Shown here: positions 47,981 through 57,828 of the stretch, piece after piece
Layout: every line of letters starts with the position of its first letter
Position numbering within the stretch: position 1 is the stretch's first letter
Origin: Candidatus Woesearchaeota archaeon
Lineage (GTDB): Archaea > Nanobdellota > Nanobdellia > Woesearchaeales > JAHWIC01
Direction of reading: 5' to 3'
Assembly (NCBI GenBank): GCA_019322805.1
Contig: JAHWIC010000002.1
Coordinates: forward strand, 2,938 to 66,937
Length of the DNA: 64,000 bases
Position numbers and translations under genes: made by a program
The notes under the pieces: generated by a model
The model's database searches: none
Told to the model about the DNA's origin: nothing
The model's input: the letters and a program-made list of their open reading frames with translations, nothing else

Positions 47981-50050
47981 ATGAAAAAAATAATGTTCTT
48001 AATGTTATTTCTAGTCATGATTCCAATATGCATTTCACAGGATTACTACAGGGCTAAAAACCTCATTATTGAGCTGGATGTAGATTCTGAGTTTCAGATA
48101 ATCCCTAGCTCAGGAGATTATCAGATTAGCTATGTTACTGCAAATCTCTATTTTTTCCCTCGCGATGGATTTAACCAGGATGTGCTTAAATTAACAACTA
48201 CTCCAAAAGCTGAGGAAATTGATGAAAGCATTACATTCAGATGGGACAACCCGCAAGCTGGCAAGCTGGCGTTTAATGTCAATTCCGAGATAATGACTAA
48301 TGATAAAAAGGTTGAGGTAAAAAGCAGGGTAAGGTTTCCTATTACAAGCCTGCCTAATGATGTTTTGCCTTACACTCAGCCGTCTGCAACAATTGACTCT
48401 GATAATATGGATATAATCCTATTGGCTTCAGAGCTTGCTGCTGGAGAGGATGATCTTTATGTTGTTGTGCACAATATTGGCGCATGGGTAAAGAAGAATA
48501 TTGATTATGAGTTAAGCTCGTTAACTACAGGAATAAGCCAGACAGCTTCATGGGTTTTGCTTACAAAAAAGGGAGTGTGTGATGAGATAACAAATCTGTT
48601 CATTGCTATGTTAAGGTCTTTAGGAATACCTGCAAGGTTTATCTCTGGTGTTTCTTACACAGAGCTTATCGAAGGCAACTGGGGCAATCATGGCTGGGCA
48701 GAGGTCTACTTTCCAGGCTATGGCTGGATTCCATTTGATGTTACCTATGGCGAGCTTGGTTATTTAGATCCAACACATATAAACCTGCATGCAGCTATAG
48801 ATGCAGAGGAGTCCTCAACAAAATATCAATGGTATGGCCGCAATGTTGATGTAGTCACCAAACTCCTTGAAACAAAAGTTAGAGTAATGCAGATACGCGG
48901 GGAGGCAGAGCCCAAGATAAGGCTAAACACTATTGCTATAAAAAGTGAGGTTGGTTTTGGCTCATACAACCTTATTGAAACCATTGTAGAAAATCTTGAT
49001 GACAGCTATTACTCTACAGAGCTGCATATATCAAAGCCTGTTGAAGTTAGTGTGTTAGGCGATGAAGAAAGGTTTGTACTTCTAAGGCCGAATGAGCGCA
49101 AAAAGGTTTATTGGGATATCAAAATACCCAGCAGCCTTAGAAAAACAAGCGTCTATACTTTCCCCATTGCTGTCTGGTCTTCAAAAAACTTCAGTTCTTA
49201 CACCAGCTTTAAGTCTTCTTATTTAGATAAAGTTTATTCAGCAAAAGAGATAGAAGATATACTCAACCAGCGGCAGGTAGAGGAATCCAAGGTTTATTCA
49301 AGGAATGTCGGCCTTAGTTGCAGCATTAGTAAGGATGAACTCTACCTTAATGAATACACCTTAGTTGCCTGTAATCTAAAGAATGTAGGAAACGTGCTGC
49401 TCAGAAACATTAGGCTGTGCGGTGGTGATTCCTGTGAAATATTTGACCTTGGAATCTCACAGATGGTCTATAAGGAATACAAAATCTATCCTTCAGAAAT
49501 AGGCTCATTCGAATTTGTTGTAAGGATTGACAGTCCTGATGTCTCAAAAGCAGAGTACATTAAGTATACTGTTCTTGACAAGCCTGTTGTTTCAATAGAA
49601 AACCTGAATTATCCAGATAGTGTTTCATACGGAGATGCATTTTCCGTAGAATTCTCATTGGATAAGGGCTCTTTATCTACGCCGAAGGAGGTTTTTGTAG
49701 AGCTGTACCAGGGCAGTGTACCAAAGGGCTGGCGCATAGATAAGCTTAGCGCAGAGCAGTCATTCAAAGTAAATTTTGACAGCAAAGGCCTAGGATTAAA
49801 TGAGAATGATTTTGAGATAAGAGTCAGGTATAAGGATAATCTAGGCAGGGAGTACCTGGAAACAAAATCATTTAAGGTAATCCTTACAAATGTTCCAGCG
49901 TCGGAAATTCCATTTGTTGCATTAAGATCCATTATAATGAATCTTGGATATATGGATATAAAAAAGATTGTTTATATTTCAGGCGCAGTTATTATTGCAT
50001 TTGTAATTGTTATAATGTACACTGTGAGGGCTGTTGAGAAGAAGAGATAA
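47981..50050 (+). CDS. Secreted/surface-anchored transglutaminase-like cysteine protease domain protein
   Basis: Signal peptide MKKIMFLMLFLVMIPICIS. Transglutaminase core GVCDEITNLFIAMLRSLGIPARFISGV...GNHGWAEVYFPGYGWIPFDVT (Cys-His-Asp). C-terminal TM anchor IVYISGAVIIAFVIVIMY. Confidence 0.7.
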   Translation: MKKIMFLMLFLVMIPICISQDYYRAKNLIIELDVDSEFQIIPSSGDYQISYVTANLYFFPRDGFNQDVLKLTTTPKAEEIDESITFRWDNPQAGKLAFNVNSEIMTNDKKVEVKSRVRFPITSLPNDVLPYTQPSATIDSDNMDIILLASELAAGEDDLYVVVHNIGAWVKKNIDYELSSLTTGISQTASWVLLTKKGVCDEITNLFIAMLRSLGIPARFISGVSYTELIEGNWGNHGWAEVYFPGYGWIPFDVTYGELGYLDPTHINLHAAIDAEESSTKYQWYGRNVDVVTKLLETKVRVMQIRGEAEPKIRLNTIAIKSEVGFGSYNLIETIVENLDDSYYSTELHISKPVEVSVLGDEERFVLLRPNERKKVYWDIKIPSSLRKTSVYTFPIAVWSSKNFSSYTSFKSSYLDKVYSAKEIEDILNQRQVEESKVYSRNVGLSCSISKDELYLNEYTLVACNLKNVGNVLLRNIRLCGGDSCEIFDLGISQMVYKEYKIYPSEIGSFEFVVRIDSPDVSKAEYIKYTVLDKPVVSIENLNYPDSVSYGDAFSVEFSLDKGSLSTPKEVFVELYQGSVPKGWRIDKLSAEQSFKVNFDSKGLGLNENDFEIRVRYKDNLGREYLETKSFKVILTNVPASEIPFVALRSIIMNLGYMDIKKIVYISGAVIIAFVIVIMYTVRAVEKKR

Positions 50051-50105
50051 TTTTTCAATAACTTTATAAACCATAAACTGCTCTGAAAACAAAAAGGGGG
50101 AAAAT

Positions 50106-51935
50106 ATGGAGAAGACTGAAAAGATTGTTCCTGACACCTCTATAATAATAGAAGGTTCGCTCTCGCAGAAAATAGCGAAAAAAGAATTTAAGGTCAGCCA
50201 GGTTATTGTTCATGAAGCTGTTTTTGCTGAGCTTGAGCATCAGGCTAACGAAGGCAAGGCAATTGGTTTTCTTGGCTTAGACGAGCTTAAGACGCTTCGC
50301 GAACTTGCTGGCAAACATAAGTTTGAGATTGTTTATGCAGGCAAAAGGCCAAGTGCGCATGAGATTAAGTATGCGAGCTTAGGCGAAATAGACGCTTCCA
50401 TAAGGCAGCTTGCCTGGGAAGAGGACGCTACCTTACTGACTGGGGACCGGATACAGGCAGAGGCTGCAAGAGCAAAAGGAGTAAAGGTCATACTTATTGC
50501 CAAAGAGATTTCTGAAAAAAAGCTAAGGCTTGAGAAGTATTTTGATGAAACTACTATGTCTGTTCATCTGCGTGAAAATGTAGTTCCTTACGCAAAAAAA
50601 GGCATGCCTGGCAAATGGGATTTTGTTGCTTTGGCAAAGAAAACCTTAACACAGGATGAAGTAAAGAAAATCAGCAATGAGATTATTGAGGAAGCAAGAG
50701 TCAGGGATGACGGCTTTATTGAGATAGAAAGGCATCACAGCACAATTGTTCAGCTTGGCAATTACAGGATTGTCATAACTACGCCGCCTTTCTCAGACGG
50801 GTGGGAGATAACTGCTGTAAGGCCTGTTAAAAAGCTGGTTCTTGGTGATTATAAGCTTAGTGAGAAGTTGATGAAACGGGTTGCAGAGCAGGCTGAAGGT
50901 ATCCTGATTGCAGGTGCACCTGGCCATGGAAAGACAACCTTTGCGCAGGCTTTGGCAGAGTTTTATGCTTCAAAAGAAAAGGTTGTCAAAACTGTTGAGG
51001 CTCCTCGTGATTTAGTTCTGCCTGACAGTGTAACACAGTATGCTATTAGCCGGGGAACGCCGCAGGAAATCCATGATATTCTTTTGCTGTGCAGGCCTGA
51101 TTATACAATCTTTGATGAAATGCGCAATACTGCTGACTTTAAGCTGTTTGCTGATATGCGCTTAGCGGGAGTGGGCATGGTTGGTGTTGTTCATGCAACA
51201 AATCCAATTGATGCTATCCAAAGGTTTATTGGAAGAATCGAGATGGGTGTTATACCTCAAGTCATTGATACCGTTGTGTTCATTAAGAACGGCACGATAA
51301 ATGAGGTTCTGAGTGTTAAGATGACTGTAAAGGTTCCATCCGGAATGACTGAGGCTGATTTAGCAAGACCAGTTGTTGAAGTGGTCAATTTTGAAACAGG
51401 AAAGATTGAGTTTGAGATTTACACTTATGGCGAACAGACTGTTGTTGTTCCTGTCAGTGCAAGTGCTGAGAGTGTTGGTGCTCATAAACTAGCTGAGAAA
51501 ACAATTGAAGAAGAGTTTTTGAAATATACTGATAATCCACATGCTGAGGTTGTTAGTGCACATAAGGCAATTGTAAAGGTTCCTGCACGGGACATACCAA
51601 GGATTATTGGCAAACAAGGACAGAATATTGACAGGATTGAAGAAAAGCTCGGTATAAGCATTGACATACAGGAGCTTGGCGCTGTTTCTGGTGGCGAAGA
51701 AAAGAGGAGGAATAAAGAGGCGCAATACGAGTTAAAGGTTAAGAGTAAGTCAGTTAATTTCTTTCTTGACATAACAATGCAAAATCAAGAGTTTGATATT
51801 TATGTTGAGGATGAGTATCTTCTCTCAGCAAGAGCAGGAAAAACAGGAATAATAAAGATAAAGAAAGACAATCCGATTGGAAGAAGATTGATTAAGGCTC
51901 TGCAGTCTGGCGAGAGGATCAGGCTGTTTGGTTAG
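50106..51935 (+). CDS. PIN-domain plus PhoH-like ATPase plus KH-domain protein (archaeal COG1855 'PilT-family ATPase')
   Basis: N-terminal PIN-like fold (VPDTSIIIEG...LTGD). Walker A GAPGHGKTTFAQALA. C-terminal KH-like region (RIIGKQGQNIDRIEEKLGISIDI). Confidence 0.6.
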   Translation: MEKTEKIVPDTSIIIEGSLSQKIAKKEFKVSQVIVHEAVFAELEHQANEGKAIGFLGLDELKTLRELAGKHKFEIVYAGKRPSAHEIKYASLGEIDASIRQLAWEEDATLLTGDRIQAEAARAKGVKVILIAKEISEKKLRLEKYFDETTMSVHLRENVVPYAKKGMPGKWDFVALAKKTLTQDEVKKISNEIIEEARVRDDGFIEIERHHSTIVQLGNYRIVITTPPFSDGWEITAVRPVKKLVLGDYKLSEKLMKRVAEQAEGILIAGAPGHGKTTFAQALAEFYASKEKVVKTVEAPRDLVLPDSVTQYAISRGTPQEIHDILLLCRPDYTIFDEMRNTADFKLFADMRLAGVGMVGVVHATNPIDAIQRFIGRIEMGVIPQVIDTVVFIKNGTINEVLSVKMTVKVPSGMTEADLARPVVEVVNFETGKIEFEIYTYGEQTVVVPVSASAESVGAHKLAEKTIEEEFLKYTDNPHAEVVSAHKAIVKVPARDIPRIIGKQGQNIDRIEEKLGISIDIQELGAVSGGEEKRRNKEAQYELKVKSKSVNFFLDITMQNQEFDIYVEDEYLLSARAGKTGIIKIKKDNPIGRRLIKALQSGERIRLFG

Positions 51936-51937
51936 AA

Positions 51938-53515
51938 TTAAGCGCATCTATTATGTTCCAGTTCTTGCTCAACCCATGATACATCGGTTGACCTATAACC
52001 TATTTTTGTGTCTGCAATACCCATATAAGTCCATAAGACCCTTCCCTGTATGACAATTCCTGTCGGGAAAGCAACCATCTTCACTTCTGGTTTTCCTTCT
52101 GCATTAGGATGTTCATACTTATACATCTCTCCATCCGGTACAAAGAGAGGATCTCTCATTATTGCTACAGCTTTTGTAGGGTCTTCAGGATGCCTTTCAT
52201 AGAAAGATCCAGAGTACCATAAATCATCATTTACACCATGATAGAGCCCTATGCGTTTGCCATTATGAACTGTTGTTCCTGCATCCCCCCAGCCAACCTT
52301 CTTCCTACACCATGGTTCTTGACCCTCTATGAATTCATACTTTACTATATTCCTTATATAATCTCTCCAGAACTCAATGTTCTTAAAGTGTTCTAGCTTG
52401 CGTGCTCTGGCAACATGCATATCGGGATCTAATCTGTGCTTAAGAACCCACCAGCCGTCTTCATAGCTTACTGCAGCATCTTTATCATCAAGGAGGATTG
52501 GTACTTTTCTGCCTCTGCCGTTTATCTCGTATGTTCCAGGGGCCTTAATATCCCCATCATTTCCACGTGATTTACTGAGCCCTTCTGACCATACTTTCCT
52601 GTATCGCTCATCTGGGACTAATTCTACTGCTTCTTCCAAACGTATTTCAGGGCCAATAGGCCCTAGCTTTTTAACATGTACAAAATCTCTTGTTACTGCC
52701 AAAGCAATTCTTGCATTTACTCCATCATAAGCTGTGTATGTTATAAAATAAGTATCTCCAACCTTAGTGAGCCTTGGGTCCTCACAGCCACGGCATTCCC
52801 ACCCATATTCACGAACTATCAGGGGCCTGCTTTTTTTGCTTAATTTTGTTGGAGGCTTAAGCAACCTAAAATGTATCTCAGAGTAGTCTCCAGCATCATC
52901 CTCCATTACAACCCTATAAGGGAATGGCCAAGGACCATCTTCATTATGCTGGTACACTGCAGGGTTTAAAACAGCAAGTTCTCCTTTTTCCAGGTCAGGC
53001 TCTAAAAGAATTCCTTCTTCATCATGAGTGTAGTCAACAGGCACAATATTATCAGATGGTCTGCTTCTTACAAATATGGCACGGGGGAGTCCTACTAATT
53101 CTTTATCCTTTATCGCACTTCTTACATAACCTGCTGTTTCATCGTATGCCTTCTCTACAGCTTTTAATCTGGATTCTAACTTCTCTTTTTCATTAACCAG
53201 TACCCTCATCTTATCAGCTTTAGCTAATCCTCCTTCTAAAGTTACCTTATCCCCATCTCTATGGTAAATTGCTGATTCACGCCAGGCTGCAATGTCTCTT
53301 TCAACTTCTTGTAATTGAGAACTCAGATAGTCTCTAACACCACCATTAGTAAGGTATTCCAAAAGGCCTTCTAATCTCTCAAGAGTATAATTATCACGAT
53401 AAAAAGCAACCATATCACCTGTTGCTTCAAATCTTGATATCTCAGCATCTAAAGAAACATCCTCACCTCCCTCAACAGGAGGTGATTCAACCTCCGCAGC
53501 AGGTGCTTGAACCAT
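51938..53515 (-). CDS. Glycoside hydrolase family 130 (beta-mannoside phosphorylase-like) with N-terminal coiled-coil extension
   Basis: CEDPRLTKVGDTYFITYTAYDGVNARIALAVTRDFVHVKKLGPI matches GH130 (EDPRI..G.YY.TYTA.DG). Additional WYSGSFYE-type beta-propeller repeats. Confidence 0.6.
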   Translation of the reverse strand: MVQAPAAEVESPPVEGGEDVSLDAEISRFEATGDMVAFYRDNYTLERLEGLLEYLTNGGVRDYLSSQLQEVERDIAAWRESAIYHRDGDKVTLEGGLAKADKMRVLVNEKEKLESRLKAVEKAYDETAGYVRSAIKDKELVGLPRAIFVRSRPSDNIVPVDYTHDEEGILLEPDLEKGELAVLNPAVYQHNEDGPWPFPYRVVMEDDAGDYSEIHFRLLKPPTKLSKKSRPLIVREYGWECRGCEDPRLTKVGDTYFITYTAYDGVNARIALAVTRDFVHVKKLGPIGPEIRLEEAVELVPDERYRKVWSEGLSKSRGNDGDIKAPGTYEINGRGRKVPILLDDKDAAVSYEDGWWVLKHRLDPDMHVARARKLEHFKNIEFWRDYIRNIVKYEFIEGQEPWCRKKVGWGDAGTTVHNGKRIGLYHGVNDDLWYSGSFYERHPEDPTKAVAIMRDPLFVPDGEMYKYEHPNAEGKPEVKMVAFPTGIVIQGRVLWTYMGIADTKIGYRSTDVSWVEQELEHNRCA

Positions 53516-53629
53516 TTTACCTCCGTATAAACCTGTATGGTAAAACGTATACTAATATATTTTAAATACCTCATATGGATAGATACATTTATATACTTTT
53601 CGGTTAATTAGTGGTATAAATATAACAAA

Positions 53630-54217
53630 ATGGGTGATATTATGAGAACGCTAGATGAACAGGAAATAAAGATTGTCAGGGAATTAATAAGGAATCCAAG
53701 GATATCTGATAACCAGCTCAGCAAGAAAACCAAGATTCCTGTGATGAGTGTTAACAGAAAAAGGAAGAAGTTGGAAAATGAAAATTTGCTGTATTATTTT
53801 GCCTATCTGAACAAGGGGAATGCAAAAACACATATCTATAAAGCAAGACAGCTTTACATAATACAATTCAAGATTGGAATTACCAGGGAGGAATATTTAA
53901 AGGCAATAGAGGAAGACAAGAAGTTTCAAGAAACAAACGCAAGGTATCATGCAAATTCTTTTTTAGGCGAGAAGGAAGGCCACCTAGCATTGGCAATTAT
54001 ACTTGAAGCAGAAAGCCAGTCTAAGCTTATTGATGTATTTAACGGGTATGTGATCAAGGGCCTAAAAGATAGGTATGGTGATGATTGTATAAGCAAAATT
54101 AACACTATAAGATTGGACCTGCCAATAAGGCTGCACCACAATTATTTGCCAATAATGAATATGGAAAACGGCATTATAAAAGAAGACTGGCTGGATGAGT
54201 GGATCTTTGTCCAATAG
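53630..54217 (+). CDS. HTH (Lrp/AsnC-type winged helix) domain transcriptional regulator with uncharacterised C-terminal domain
   Basis: LDEQEIKIVRELIRNPRISDNQLSKKTKIPVMSVNRKRKKLENENLL is an AsnC-type HTH. The upstream region is AT-rich with TATA-like tttatatac. Confidence 0.5.
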   Translation: MGDIMRTLDEQEIKIVRELIRNPRISDNQLSKKTKIPVMSVNRKRKKLENENLLYYFAYLNKGNAKTHIYKARQLYIIQFKIGITREEYLKAIEEDKKFQETNARYHANSFLGEKEGHLALAIILEAESQSKLIDVFNGYVIKGLKDRYGDDCISKINTIRLDLPIRLHHNYLPIMNMENGIIKEDWLDEWIFVQ

Positions 54218-54223
54218 CAAGAT

Positions 54224-54919
54224 CTAAAACACATCAACCTTTTTTGGATCTATCCTTATTCCTTTATCAGATATCTCTAAATCGATTGTTTTTTCTGGTA
54301 TTCTTGTGCCCCTCATCTTTAATATTTCAATAGCCCTTTTTCTTATTCCCTTCTGTTTAAAATGATAAAGAAGTATTATGCTGTCAGTCTCAAATTCAAG
54401 TGCTGTTGAAATAGTATGTCCATCTTTTGACTCATCCTGGGATGTCAGCACACCAGTGCAGTTCCATTTATTAATAAGCTCGAATAATGCTAAAGCAGCC
54501 TCTTTTTTTGTTAACTCATCTTCATACAGCAAGGAAAAAGAGGTTATAGAATCTATGACTATGCGCTTTGCTTTAATTTTTTCAATGACAGACTCAACTA
54601 TGCCTCCGCCTTCTGTTAAGACCTTCTTTACCTGCTCAGGGGTATATTCTAAAAAAACAAATTTTCCTTGTTTTTCATACTCGGCAAGGTCCCAGCCAAG
54701 CTTTAACATATCCTCATAAACCTTTTCCTTTCTTTCCTCAAAGGTCATATAGATTCCAGGCTCATTCTTCTTGATACCATCAATAATAAACTGCATCCCA
54801 AAGATAGTCTTGCCTGTTCCAGGGCCGCCGGCCACTAAGTTAATGCTGTTTTTTTTAAAGCCGCCTTCTATTAAACCGTCCAGATTTGGGATGCCTGTAG
54901 AAATTCTTCTTATCATCAT
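54224..54919 (-). CDS. KaiC/RecA-superfamily ATPase (FlaH/ArlH-like)
   Basis: GIPNLDGLIEGGFKKNSINLVAGGPGTGKTIFGMQFIIDG Walker A. ~230 aa single KaiC domain. Confidence 0.7.
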   Translation of the reverse strand: MMIRRISTGIPNLDGLIEGGFKKNSINLVAGGPGTGKTIFGMQFIIDGIKKNEPGIYMTFEERKEKVYEDMLKLGWDLAEYEKQGKFVFLEYTPEQVKKVLTEGGGIVESVIEKIKAKRIVIDSITSFSLLYEDELTKKEAALALFELINKWNCTGVLTSQDESKDGHTISTALEFETDSIILLYHFKQKGIRKRAIEILKMRGTRIPEKTIDLEISDKGIRIDPKKVDVF

Positions 54920-55644
54920 TTGAATCTTTTCGTATCTTTCTCTATTAATGAAAAAGGAATCTGTTGAGGGAATATCTTTACGCCCCCATTCCCTATTTTA
55001 AAAGGGAATAGATCTATTGAGTGGTCTTGGCCCCTCATTTTGTATACTTGAGCACAATGCTCGAAAGAATGGCCCTTTCTTATTTTTGTCAAGATGATTA
55101 ACCCTTCAAACAAAAAGTCTTCTGGCTTGTAATGTATCTCGTCTATATTTGATATAGATTTTTCAGACACTGCCAGTAAAGTAACTTTCGCCTCTTTCAT
55201 CTTTAACACAAAATCCAAGACCTCTTTTCTGTAGTCCATTTCTCCTGAAAGGTGCATGTATTCAAATAGGGTTATGGAATCCAAAACAACCCTCCTTACT
55301 TTTTTTGATTTGATTATAGACAAGGGGGTGGCTATTGACATTAGTTTTTTTGGTTGAACTGGCTGTTGTACCAGGGTTATTAGGCCCTTTTTTTCATATT
55401 CTTTCATATCTAAGCCCAAGGCTTCTGCATATGACCTTACATCTTCCACTGTTTCTTCAGAAGTGATATATATTCCTGCTTCACCACGCTTAGCTCCCTC
55501 AACAATAAACTGTATTGCCAGTATTGATTTCCCACTACCCGGAGGACCAGTAACCAAAACAGAGGCCCCTTCCCTCATTCCTCCTTTTAATACTTCATCC
55601 AGACCGGAGATTCCTGTTTCTATTTTCTTTATCACTAAAATCAC
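54916..55644 (-). CDS. KaiC/RecA-superfamily ATPase (second tandem copy)
   Basis: GISGLDEVLKGGMREGASVLVTGPPGSGKSILAIQFIVEG. Overlaps the downstream paralog by 4 nt. Confidence 0.7.
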   Translation of the reverse strand: MILVIKKIETGISGLDEVLKGGMREGASVLVTGPPGSGKSILAIQFIVEGAKRGEAGIYITSEETVEDVRSYAEALGLDMKEYEKKGLITLVQQPVQPKKLMSIATPLSIIKSKKVRRVVLDSITLFEYMHLSGEMDYRKEVLDFVLKMKEAKVTLLAVSEKSISNIDEIHYKPEDFLFEGLIILTKIRKGHSFEHCAQVYKMRGQDHSIDLFPFKIGNGGVKIFPQQIPFSLIEKDTKRFK

Positions 55645-55760
55645 CTTTTCAATATATAATCATATGGTTTATATATAAAATTTATGGAAATCTTCTGATT
55701 TTGGATTCCCACAAAACATTTAAATACAAGTAAAACAGAGAAAATAGTAAGTACTGATGG

Positions 55761-56345
55761 TTGGTTTTAGGTAAGATGGCAAGAATAAAGGAGGAATTCG
55801 AAAAAAAACTCAAGGATTTAACAGAATATGTGGCGCTGGCTACTGTGAATGCTAATAAATACCAGAAAACAAATCTAGGGATTATAAAGCATTTGACTGA
55901 CAAGAATGTTCCTGGTGTTTATGTTACCTTAAACAAGCCATTTGAAACTATGCAGAATATTTTTAAGAGGCAAAAGATTGGTACCGAGATTATCATATTT
56001 ATTGATGCTGTTACCCAAACAGCTGGGGGAGATATTGAAAAAACTGATAAGTGCTTATTTATAGGCTCTCCAGACAACCTAAGCGATATATCTATTGCAA
56101 TGGATCAGGCTGTTAGGGCCTTGCCGACTAAAGAAAAATTTGTTTTCTTTGATTCTTTATCAACGCTTCTGATGTATAATAATGTAGAAACAGTGTCCAG
56201 ATTTATCCATTTTCTTGCTGGAAAGATGAGGGTGTGGAAGGTTAAAGGCATAATCGTCTCATTAAGAAAAAAACAGGATAAAGAATTGATTGATGCCTTG
56301 ATGCAGTTTTGTGATGTTGTATTAGATTTTGATAAAAAAAAGTAG
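55761..56345 (+). CDS. KaiC/RecA-fold-like protein with degenerate P-loop (predicted inactive)
   Basis: Beta-strand/Walker-B-like FVFFDSLSTLL and GIIVSL pattern with KaiC-like topology, but no GxxxxGK[ST]. Confidence 0.35.
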   Translation: MVLGKMARIKEEFEKKLKDLTEYVALATVNANKYQKTNLGIIKHLTDKNVPGVYVTLNKPFETMQNIFKRQKIGTEIIIFIDAVTQTAGGDIEKTDKCLFIGSPDNLSDISIAMDQAVRALPTKEKFVFFDSLSTLLMYNNVETVSRFIHFLAGKMRVWKVKGIIVSLRKKQDKELIDALMQFCDVVLDFDKKK

Positions 56346-56375
56346 AGTATTTTTACAGGAAAAGGGTAGCTTTCC

Positions 56376-56852
56376 TTGTATGTTAAAAAAGAGGTGTTTT
56401 CAATGAAGAAAGGACTTGGCACAGTGCTTGGGCTTATAGCTATTGCAGCAGGGTTAGTAGCTATTTTCAGGATTGTTGTTGATACTGAAGTGGCAGTTGG
56501 TTTTGTGACTATCTCATTTGGGATATTAGCTATAATATGGACCTCAATGGCCACTGGCTCATTATCAAAAGGTTCTTCTTTGAGAAGACATACTGTCAAT
56601 TTCCTGTTTTGTTTGGTGTTTGTACTATTGTTCTCGATATGGCATACCTTATCAAAGCTGTTCAAGTGGAGGGAGACAGTTAATGAATTTATGTTATACC
56701 CTGGTTACTTGTTTCTTATCATGGCTTTCCTGATATTTGTAATAACATCTTATCAGATTCTTACTATGGGCCAAGAATTTGGGTTCGGACAGCAGGCAAC
56801 GAAAATAAAGGGTATCATCAAAGAGAAGAGGAAGAAAAAGAAGAAAAGCTAA
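56376..56852 (+). CDS. Small 4-TM membrane protein (hypothetical)
   Basis: Four hydrophobic segments and a K-rich C-terminal tail. Start possibly at 56403 (MKKGLG). Confidence 0.35.
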   Translation: MYVKKEVFSMKKGLGTVLGLIAIAAGLVAIFRIVVDTEVAVGFVTISFGILAIIWTSMATGSLSKGSSLRRHTVNFLFCLVFVLLFSIWHTLSKLFKWRETVNEFMLYPGYLFLIMAFLIFVITSYQILTMGQEFGFGQQATKIKGIIKEKRKKKKKS

Positions 56853-56854
56853 GA

Positions 56855-57673
56855 TTACCCTAACAGGCCGCCAAGCATATTTCTTATTGTGAATCTGATC
56901 AGAAAAAAGATAGCTAGACTTGAAGCTACTAGTATGGGTATAAACTTTATTCCATCTCTTTCTTTTCCTTTGTATATTAAGCCAAGTATCAAGGAACCCA
57001 GAACAGAGGATGTCATCAAAAATACTACAGAATATCTTATTACAAAATGAATGCCAAGGCTAACTTCTGAGAAGCTTATTGGCATGGAGGTTGTCAAGGC
57101 AGTCTTAGGTACATCCAAGGCTTGTAAATTCATTGTTAGAACCTCAACCAAAAAGGTGCCTAATCCAAATAACAAAGGTGCTCCAAAACAAACAGCAGCA
57201 AATACAAATATAACATACATCATTACATTAGCCCTTATCCTGCCATCAACAAGCCCTTGCTGCCTTAGATTCCTGGCTGTTTGTTCTAATAAAGAAGCCA
57301 GTTCGCCTCCTGACCTTAGCCCAGAAACTACGAGCTCCATGGTTTTGCTTAATCGTTCTGATCTAATCCTTTGGGTCATGTCCAACAAAGCCTTGCCGAC
57401 TTCTGCGCCCATTGTGATCTCTTTTCCTATGCGATTTATTTCATCCTGAAATGGCCCAAACTCAGGCCTGGCTGACAGCAGTAAAGCCTTGTCAGTAGTT
57501 AAACCTGCCCTTAGATTAGATGTCATCAGCTGCAGAACATCCGGCAGTATACCCTCAACAAATGTTGCCTTTGCATCTGCTCTTAACAGTAATATAAAAT
57601 AAACGAGAATTTGGAATAAAAAGAAAATCCCAACAACAGAAAGCAGAAAAGGGACTTCAACAAACAAAGCCAA
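56855..57673 (-). CDS. Type II secretion system F-domain membrane protein (TadC/FlaJ C-terminal-half-like)
   Basis: T2SSF-like cytoplasmic domain (FGPFQDEINRIGKEITMGAEVGKALLDMTQRI...LSKTMELVVSGLRSGGELASLLEQTA) flanked by TM helices. Confidence 0.65.
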   Translation of the reverse strand: MALFVEVPFLLSVVGIFFLFQILVYFILLLRADAKATFVEGILPDVLQLMTSNLRAGLTTDKALLLSARPEFGPFQDEINRIGKEITMGAEVGKALLDMTQRIRSERLSKTMELVVSGLRSGGELASLLEQTARNLRQQGLVDGRIRANVMMYVIFVFAAVCFGAPLLFGLGTFLVEVLTMNLQALDVPKTALTTSMPISFSEVSLGIHFVIRYSVVFLMTSSVLGSLILGLIYKGKERDGIKFIPILVASSLAIFFLIRFTIRNMLGGLLG

Positions 57674-57828
57674 ATAGAATGTAATTGTTAATGCCAGAAG
57701 AAAACCAAAGGAAGTAATAAACCCAACAAACCTGTGGGGGTTTAGTTGGATATTGGAATATCTTAACAGCTTAACATAATCCTCCCTAATCTTTTTCGGG
57801 TAAAATTTCGCTAAAGATCTGTATATGT

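Noticed and set aside
47875-48057. 60-aa ORF upstream of and overlapping the transglutaminase start
   Set aside because: It overlaps the minus-strand tRNA-Ser 5' end and the promoter region of 47981. There is no coding signal.
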